This document shows, in pieces, positions 56,973 to 64,000 of a DNA stretch of 64,000 bases. The number at the start of each line of letters is the position of its first letter. The stretch's first letter is position 1. The stretch is from Promethearchaeota archaeon (GTDB taxonomy: Archaea > Asgardarchaeota > Heimdallarchaeia > Hodarchaeales > Hodarchaeaceae). The translations under genes and the position numbers were made by a program. Location of the stretch: NCBI GenBank assembly GCA_048938105.1, contig JBHLMN010000002.1, forward strand, positions 96,001 through 160,000, read 5' to 3'. The notes beneath the pieces are model-generated. The model was not told the DNA's origin and ran no database searches. It was given only the letters and a program-made list of their open reading frames with translations.

Positions 56973-59689
56973 AGTTCCTTCCCACATTTGAAGCAATATT
57001 TTGATTCATTGGAATACCGTTTAGTCCCACACTGAGCACAAGTTTCAAGAGTTTCTAATCCTATATGTTGAGAGTCACTTTTTTGTCTTTTTAGTTCAAG
57101 AGCTACCCTTTGTTCAATGGGTGATCTTCTTTGAGGTTGTCGTGAGGCTAATAGGTAATATACTATGCCTAAGAGAATAAAACCACCAATGATAAATAAA
57201 AAAAATAAGTTCTGGGAAGAAGTATCCGAAACATCTAACACAAAAACACCATTGGTTGGAGCTTTCCCTGGAACTCTCAAGTTAAACCAAATTATGGCCT
57301 GACCAGCAGCCAACGGCTTCCAAGAAGCAACATAGATATTCGCTGATTTTTTAAACATAATTTGAGTGAAGGATCCATTAGCTTCCATAATAGTGCCATT
57401 AAAATGAGATTCCGTAAAAGCTGGGTCATCAATAGTTATCTGAATCGTGGTTGATCCTCCTGTTGAGGGAGAAGAAGTGAGAATAATGTCCAATGAGACC
57501 TGTTGATCTTGAATCATCCAACGAAAAATCCGTGAAATTACTTCCAAATTATCTCTTTCTAGATTAAGAATTCCTAGATCATCAAAAGGAAATATACCAC
57601 CAAAAACTACAACTTTTCCTTTGGAATCTGGATCTTCCCAATATCCAGCTATTGGATATTCCTGACTAGTATTATTCTTGGTCGCTGTGGCAAGAATATG
57701 TCCTCCTTTTTCAGGTGATATTTTAATAGAAGTGCCAATATAGTCAAAGCTCCAATCTTTTTCCTCAAATATTGGGTCAGAAATACTCGTCGTAGCCCAT
57801 AAAAACCGAGAAAGGTTTGTAGAATCATTCTCAATTCTTAATCCATATGTTTCTATTAGTTTGTTTATTGCGGTTTGATTTGATAGAATCTCAGTTCCTT
57901 GATATTTTTGGGAAGGATATGAAAGAACTAGAAGTGAATGTCCCTCTGAAATCCATTCTTGGATGAGGGTGATTTCTTGATCTGTTATTCCAAACTCAAT
58001 ATCAGCTAACACGAGTATATGCTGGTTCTTTAAATCTTGTCGTGTTATCCTGCCAGAAATATTTTCAGTTGCGATTAATGGGCCTATAGTTTCAATTAGA
58101 CTATTAGGACGGATGGCACCTTTTGTATTCATCCCATAATACCATTCTAAGAAGTATTGCAGTTGGTTGAATCTTCCTGTCGGTCCGTCAGGAATGAAAG
58201 AATCATTGTCGTACCCTTGATAGAATAGGATATTACCACTTGGATACCTGTTCTCGATTGTAAGTGAAAGATTGGAAGAATAGATTTTTTTTCCATTTGA
58301 AAACTGAAAAGTTATAATTCCCTCTCGTCTTGCCATACTCAAGTCTTCAGGTATTGTTAATGATAAATCAATATAATTCAATCCTGTGGTAATATTTCGG
58401 GGGAGATCTCCCACAGATATATCAAATGGAAATTTGCTGTTGTTTACACTGGGAAATGTTTGATTCATAGTGATTTCAGTCAAATTACTATCAATCGTCG
58501 AATAGAGGCTAATACGGTAAGTACGATTCACTCCATTTACAGCATGGCCAAAATAGAGAAAATCAGATGATAACCCTCGTGGAGCAAAAGTGAATAGTGG
58601 ATTTGGATTACTGGCGTTGATGTAAATTGTGTTTAACAGCTTATAAGCTTTAGAAATATCTAAAAAGCCATTTCCTTGGCGTATTGGAGAAGTTGAATTC
58701 ATAAAAAGGGCTGTTTCAAGCAAAGCTGCCTTCAAAGCTGTAGGAGATGCTTTTGGAAAAGCTTCTTTCAAAAGGGCAAGAGCTCCAGTGACGAATGGAG
58801 CAGCAAAAGATGTACCAGTTTTATTACAAAGTTGCCCTTTATGGTCATAACCAATGATTTCTACCCCTGGTGCTACTATATCTGGCCCCATAGCTCCTGA
58901 GGGTCGTGGGCCATTGGAAGAACTGAAGTGTATGGTTGTTTGATTGTAAGCCATTCCAACTGCTATTGTTTCAGAGAAAATCGCGGGAGATGACATACTA
59001 GCAGAGTAAGGCCCCATATTTCCTGCAGAAATAACGGTAGTTATGTTAAAATCACTTAAATTAGTGATTAGTGATGAATTCAAAGCTTCAAGTTGGGTTG
59101 TACCAAGTGAAGCGTGAATTATAGATGCATTATTAATAAGAGCTAGTTTAAAGCCTTCTTCAATCCATTCTGATTTTGTAAATTCCGAATCACTGACTTT
59201 AATACTTATTAGAGTAGCATTTGGAGCAATTTTAGAAATAATTGATCCTACAAACGTTCCATGACCATTATCATCATTAACTTGTGTGGAATTAGAAATA
59301 GCTGTGAATTTGGTAATATCATTTGTAATCCAGCCAACCTCGTTAATTCCTGAATCTAAAATAGCAATAGTGACGTTCTCACCAGTAAGTTCTTTATCAA
59401 TTATTGTTTGAGGATTGACAAGGTCATAAATTGCTTGGAAAGCTTCATTTGTATCGTTAATTCTTTGAATTTTGGGAGAGAATTTATTTCTTGAACCTGA
59501 AAATTGGTTTGGATCAAATACATCAGGAAGGATGGAATTGAATCTTCTAGGGGAGAAGGAGGTGTCGATAACTGGCTGTGATCGAAAAATAAATGTTGAG
59601 TAGAAATTGTTGCTGCTTAAAAAAATCAAATGAAGAATAAAAAAAATAACAAAACCATTTCTTCTGAATGTTTGCAAAATACGCATCAA
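56969..59689 (-). CDS. Membrane-anchored S8 subtilase with DUF4350/GATase-like domain, TM and C-terminal zinc ribbon
   Basis: ILDSG, HGT, GTSFAAP; TM near the C-terminus; CAQCG...CFKCG. Confidence 0.9.
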   Translation of the reverse strand: MMRILQTFRRNGFVIFFILHLIFLSSNNFYSTFIFRSQPVIDTSFSPRRFNSILPDVFDPNQFSGSRNKFSPKIQRINDTNEAFQAIYDLVNPQTIIDKELTGENVTIAILDSGINEVGWITNDITKFTAISNSTQVNDDNGHGTFVGSIISKIAPNATLISIKVSDSEFTKSEWIEEGFKLALINNASIIHASLGTTQLEALNSSLITNLSDFNITTVISAGNMGPYSASMSSPAIFSETIAVGMAYNQTTIHFSSSNGPRPSGAMGPDIVAPGVEIIGYDHKGQLCNKTGTSFAAPFVTGALALLKEAFPKASPTALKAALLETALFMNSTSPIRQGNGFLDISKAYKLLNTIYINASNPNPLFTFAPRGLSSDFLYFGHAVNGVNRTYRISLYSTIDSNLTEITMNQTFPSVNNSKFPFDISVGDLPRNITTGLNYIDLSLTIPEDLSMARREGIITFQFSNGKKIYSSNLSLTIENRYPSGNILFYQGYDNDSFIPDGPTGRFNQLQYFLEWYYGMNTKGAIRPNSLIETIGPLIATENISGRITRQDLKNQHILVLADIEFGITDQEITLIQEWISEGHSLLVLSYPSQKYQGTEILSNQTAINKLIETYGLRIENDSTNLSRFLWATTSISDPIFEEKDWSFDYIGTSIKISPEKGGHILATATKNNTSQEYPIAGYWEDPDSKGKVVVFGGIFPFDDLGILNLERDNLEVISRIFRWMIQDQQVSLDIILTSSPSTGGSTTIQITIDDPAFTESHFNGTIMEANGSFTQIMFKKSANIYVASWKPLAAGQAIIWFNLRVPGKAPTNGVFVLDVSDTSSQNLFFLFIIGGFILLGIVYYLLASRQPQRRSPIEQRVALELKRQKSDSQHIGLETLETCAQCGTKRYSNESKYCFKCGKEL

Positions 59690-59719
59690 ATTTTCATCCG
59701 TTTTCCAGCTATAAAGGAT

Positions 59720-60514
59720 TTATCTTAATAGTGTAAATATATTGGCAATTGAATCTATTTCTGTTGTTGGTAAAATTGCTTTTTTCAAGTGATTATCGGA
59801 AATCCCTGTTCTCACTAATATTGTATCAATCCCAGCGTTATTTCCTGCTAAAATGTCAGTAGATAGACGATCACCAATGTAAACTGCCTCTAAGGGGTCA
59901 TCACACCCCATTTCATCTAGAGTTAAGTCGATTAAGAAGCGATTAGGCTTACCAATTATTATATCGGGTTCTCTTCCACAAGCATTTGCAAGTGCTGCAA
60001 TTCCAGCCCCAGCTCCAGGAACCATCTTATCTTCTAGCGGATAGCTATTATCAGGGTTTGTTCCAACAAAAAAACCAGTGTCTTTCAGAATAACCTGCAT
60101 AGCATCGGCTAGTTTTTGCCAGGTCAAGTGACGATCCCATCCGATACATACACCTTGAAGTTGAGGTTCATACTTCTCTGTGACATAGATATTCTGAAGT
60201 TCTAGTTCCTCTCGTAATCCTTTTTCGCCAATCATAAAGACTCGATTATATTTTTTCTTTCTCAAATATATTGCAGTTCCATAAGCAGAATTTATGACCG
60301 TGTATTTATCAGGGATAATTCCAAACGACTCAAATTTATGTTTAAATCCTTGTCGAGACAAGCTGGAGTTATTAGTTACAAACCCTAACTTATAGCCCAT
60401 CTGTTCTAGTGTCTCTAAAGCTATTTTGGCTCCCTCAATTATTTGTTCACCTTTCCAAACCACACCATCGCAATCCATAAGTATATATCGCTTATTTCTC
60501 AGTATTATCCCCAA
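59720..60514 (-). CDS. HAD-IIA (NagD-like) phosphatase
   Basis: DCDGV, TNNS, GKP, GDRLSTDI. Confidence 0.93.
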   Translation of the reverse strand: MGIILRNKRYILMDCDGVVWKGEQIIEGAKIALETLEQMGYKLGFVTNNSSLSRQGFKHKFESFGIIPDKYTVINSAYGTAIYLRKKKYNRVFMIGEKGLREELELQNIYVTEKYEPQLQGVCIGWDRHLTWQKLADAMQVILKDTGFFVGTNPDNSYPLEDKMVPGAGAGIAALANACGREPDIIIGKPNRFLIDLTLDEMGCDDPLEAVYIGDRLSTDILAGNNAGIDTILVRTGISDNHLKKAILPTTEIDSIANIFTLLR

Positions 60515-60592
60515 TTTCTTTCAAATCCTCAAAATAGATATTGATGTATAATCATTTTTCTAGAGTCATTTGTTTTTTTTTGGGATTTTATA

Positions 60593-62008
60593 TTAGAGAA
60601 ATTGAGTGAAGAAGGATCTTGACTGTAATTTGTCTTTCAAGTCTTTATGATCTCCTAAGAGCTTATTAAGGAATGAGTTGGCCTTTTCGGGTTGACTAAG
60701 TAGTAACCATGAGTTGAGTAATAGTTCTAAATCATCCAATCGATTTTTGGGATCCTTTATGACAATTGGTTTGAGTAGTTCAATCACTTTCTTAAAATTT
60801 CTCAAATCATAAGCCAGTTTAGCTGCTAGCCGATTTCCAGGAATATTGTTAGGATCAGCAGTAGCCACGTCATCTGCTAGAGCGAAAGCTGATATAAAAT
60901 CCTTTTCTTGTATTGCTAGAAGAGCTAATTGTAATTTACTCTCATGGAATTCAGGATCCAATTCTAAAGTCCTTTTGAAGCTCTCTTTGGCTAAGTGAGT
61001 ATCTTTTAATTTTAGCAGAGTGAGGCCCAAATAGAAAGGGACAACAGGATTATATTTATCAAGCCGCGTAGCATCCTCTAATGCGCGTTTTGCGCGGTCA
61101 GGACGGTTTAGTTCTAAAAATAATTCCGAAAGTAGTAATAAGATCTCTGTAGTAGTTTTACCATATTTTTTTGCCTGATAAAGAGCCTCTATTGCTTCCT
61201 TTTTCCGATCTAAATTTTTTAGGACTCGTGCCATATTTATAAAAAGGTTTTGAGGTGGTTTTTCAGGACGAAATAAAGGTATGGCTTTTTGATATGCATC
61301 TAAGGCCTTTTGCCATTCTTTATTAGCATGATATGCAACTCCTAGTCCATATTGAACATTTGGGAACGTAGGAAAACGAGAAAACAATTCTTCATAAATT
61401 AGAATGGCTTTTTCAAAGTCTTTCTTATCTAGCAAGGTTTGAGCTAAGAGAAGCCCTGGATCAGGATGATTAGCAGAATGAATAGCTTTTTTAAGAACTC
61501 GTTCTGCTTTTTGATCCTCATTTTGGCTACTCCAGATAAAAGCTAGTTCAATAGGGATTTGATGTGAATTAGGGAATTTTTTATGAGTTGCTTCAAGAAC
61601 TTTGATCGCTTTCTTAAGATCATCTTGTTTTCGGAGAGTTCGACTAAGTAAAATTGGAATTTCAAGATCATTTTTGTCTAAATGCATAGCTTCTTCAAAG
61701 CTTTTTTTCGCTTTGTGGTAGTGTCCCAATCGAAATTCCGTTAAACCTTTTTTAATCCATATTTCAGCATTCTTCTTTTCTAAACTGACTGCTTCAGTGA
61801 AAGCTTTTTGTGCTTCCGAATAAAGTTTGAGTTTGGTTAATGTAATACCATAATTTGCCCATACTTTTGCATTTTGCTGTATTTTTTCGTCAGTTAACGC
61901 TGCTTCGAACTTCCTACGAGCTTTTGACCATTTTTTTCTGTTTAATGCAAAGATTGCAGATCTTATCAGTTTTTTAGGATCTTTCGTTTCCTTAATTCGT
62001 GGAGTCAC
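60593..62008 (-). CDS. Tetratricopeptide repeat protein
   Basis: About 12 canonical TPR units. Confidence 0.9.
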   Translation of the reverse strand: MTPRIKETKDPKKLIRSAIFALNRKKWSKARRKFEAALTDEKIQQNAKVWANYGITLTKLKLYSEAQKAFTEAVSLEKKNAEIWIKKGLTEFRLGHYHKAKKSFEEAMHLDKNDLEIPILLSRTLRKQDDLKKAIKVLEATHKKFPNSHQIPIELAFIWSSQNEDQKAERVLKKAIHSANHPDPGLLLAQTLLDKKDFEKAILIYEELFSRFPTFPNVQYGLGVAYHANKEWQKALDAYQKAIPLFRPEKPPQNLFINMARVLKNLDRKKEAIEALYQAKKYGKTTTEILLLLSELFLELNRPDRAKRALEDATRLDKYNPVVPFYLGLTLLKLKDTHLAKESFKRTLELDPEFHESKLQLALLAIQEKDFISAFALADDVATADPNNIPGNRLAAKLAYDLRNFKKVIELLKPIVIKDPKNRLDDLELLLNSWLLLSQPEKANSFLNKLLGDHKDLKDKLQSRSFFTQFL

Positions 62009-62822
62009 TTCAGTTCCTTCGAGCTTTTCAGCCTCAAAAATGCATAAAAAATCGTTCGAAAAAAAAGAGTATTCATATAGGGGGAGGAGATGTTTTAAGA
62101 ATAAATTTTAGAGTCTATATATATTGTTTCCTCTTATTTTTATCATTTCTGGTGTTTCTAGGTTGATTATTGAATTAAGTCGGATTTAAATCTAATTTTA
62201 GTTTGATACAATATAAACGTATCAACTTGATTTTTTAGGGGTGATTATATGTGAAAAGAAATACAAACCGAGAAGAAGAAAACTAATGGCTTGAAAGTAA
62301 AGAGAAAAAGTGACAAAAACAAACGCTAAAGACGGTAATCTATCTAAATCAAACAAAAAAACCATGAGAAAAAATAAAATACATATTGATAAGGAAACAA
62401 TGCACCCCTTGGTATTAAAATGTGTAAAAGAGCCTCTTTTGTAAATAAAAGAAGAAGATCGTTGGCGTTGGTATTAATGTTCAATTTACTTAATCTATAA
62501 TTGAGGCTTATTATAATATAAAGATTATTTTTTACTCATAATTTGCTTTAGCAGTGGATCTTACCAACTGATCTATTCTCAAGGTATCTAAGGAATAACC
62601 TTAAATCGAGTTTTCTCCAAGCGTGTTTGATATGGAGACTAAATCATTGTTATCATATGAACATACATTAGAATTGCCAACTTCAGTCGCTTTTTATAAT
62701 CGTCCTTTATGGACATAAAATAGCGAACGCTAAAGATGAATAGATTACATAATAGTTTAATAAATATTGAATGTCACGAATGATAACAGAAAGTCGTTTA
62801 TAATCAATAGAAGGTAATAATT

Positions 62823-63725
62823 GTGCGTAAAATCCCTTTTATCCAAACAAGTGTATTCACAGATGATCGTTTTCAATTCTCAGGTAATCAACTGGCTACA
62901 TTTTGGAATTTATCCGAAAAAGAGTTGTCAACAGATGAGATGCAAGGAATTACAAGAGAGATGAATTTCTCGGAAACAACATTTGTTTTCCCCACAAAAG
63001 AGCATAAATGTATCCGAAAGGTTCGTATTTTCACCCCAGGTCGCGAAATCCCTTTTGCTGGACATCCTACACTAGGTACAGCTTTTGTGCTAAGGAATCA
63101 GGGAATAATCGATTCAGCGAAAACAAAAGCTTTCCTGGAATTGGGAATTGGCCCAATTGCTGTTGAATTTCATGATAGTCTCGTTAAAATGCGCCAAGCT
63201 AAACCTGAATTCTTAGAAGAATTTCAAGATACTATAACTATGGCAAAGATTATAGGGATTTCATCAGAATTAATCTCACAAAATTACCCAATGCAATTTG
63301 TTTCTACAGGATTCCCATTCCTAATTGTCCCTCTTACATCCCTAGAAGCAATTCAGTCGATTAATTTAGATATAAAATTATTGATCAAAACATTGGAGGG
63401 ATTTCCTTCTCAAGAGCTGTTAGTTTTCACACCCAACACATTTTATGTTGATTCCCATGTACATGTTAGAATGTTTGCCCCTTCTGCAGGAGTTCCAGAA
63501 GATCCTGCCACAGGAAGTGCTGCAGGGCCATTAGGAGGGTATTTAGAAGAATATCAGGTTTTATCTAATCATCCGAGAGGGACAACGTTTGTTATAGAAC
63601 AAGGATATGAGATTAATAGACCTAGTAAATTGGTAGTCCAATGTGAGTATATGGAAAATGAAATATCAGAGGTAATCGTTGGTGGTGAAGTAAAACTAAC
63701 TGTCGAGGGGAAATTCTATCTCTAG
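62823..63725 (+). CDS. PhzF-family isomerase/epimerase
   Basis: GNQLA, EMNFSET, EIPFAGHPT, EDPATGSA, EQG. Confidence 0.93.
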   Translation: MRKIPFIQTSVFTDDRFQFSGNQLATFWNLSEKELSTDEMQGITREMNFSETTFVFPTKEHKCIRKVRIFTPGREIPFAGHPTLGTAFVLRNQGIIDSAKTKAFLELGIGPIAVEFHDSLVKMRQAKPEFLEEFQDTITMAKIIGISSELISQNYPMQFVSTGFPFLIVPLTSLEAIQSINLDIKLLIKTLEGFPSQELLVFTPNTFYVDSHVHVRMFAPSAGVPEDPATGSAAGPLGGYLEEYQVLSNHPRGTTFVIEQGYEINRPSKLVVQCEYMENEISEVIVGGEVKLTVEGKFYL

Positions 63726-64000
63726 GATCTATCTATCACGGATTGCAGGAGACTCAAAAGATCCTCCACATCTTCTTTACTGACAAATCTATCCTGTGAC
63801 CGATGAAGCATGGCATTTCTTCTTAATCGTATTCGTTTTAAGTCCTTATTTTCCCTTATCGTTAGTAATTGTTCTCTTAATAGAGAATTAACAATCGACG
63901 GCCAAGTTTGATCTTCCTTTGGATATACGTTACGTTTCCACAAGACATCCCTAAAAAGAGTCTCTGTTGATCTCCATAAGAATAAAAAGGTTGAGATATG
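63722..64000 (-). CDS. Partial gene (5' end outside the window) ending in a HEPN-like domain
   Basis: Frame is open to 64000: FLFLWRSTETLFR...IRLRRNAMLH (RNxxxH motif). Confidence 0.6.
   Translation of the reverse strand, partial: HISTFLFLWRSTETLFRDVLWKRNVYPKEDQTWPSIVNSLLREQLLTIRENKDLKRIRLRRNAMLHRSQDRFVSKEDVEDLLSLLQSVIDRS

Noticed and set aside
1686-57834. Many 60-110 aa ORFs overlapping long genes (e.g. 1925-2152, 6601-6849, 25021-25287, 37614-37946, 54423-54650)
   Set aside because: Antisense or out-of-frame shadows with no motifs
1-64000. CRISPR arrays, rRNA, IS elements, integrases
   Set aside because: No regularly spaced repeats, rRNA-like segments, or transposase/integrase motifs seen

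Overview
AT-rich archaeal genomic DNA. The gene content points to an Asgard archaeon, most likely Heimdallarchaeia/Hodarchaeales-like (inference): a Pol-epsilon-like PolB, a gelsolin-domain protein, a Rab-like GTPase, longin/uDENN- and SNAP-like TPR proteins, and a CTERM-type surface-protein tail. From left to right: partial rocD, several metabolic genes and a MutY-like glycosylase; a ~270-nt structured intergenic element with a K-turn; four gamma-class amino-methyltransferases with no visible restriction partner, plus a surface-protein gene relic; an intein-split Pol-epsilon-like polymerase; a tight 3-gene operon of trafficking-like proteins; class II HMG-CoA reductase; gelsolin; tRNA-Cys with a D-arm intron; a PIN-TPR protein; a Rab-like GTPase; two membrane-anchored subtilases with Site-1-protease-like architecture; glycosyltransferases, adk, TPR proteins, PhzF and a partial HEPN gene. 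No CRISPR array, rRNA, transposase or integrase was seen. All calls come from reading motifs by eye; no searches were run.
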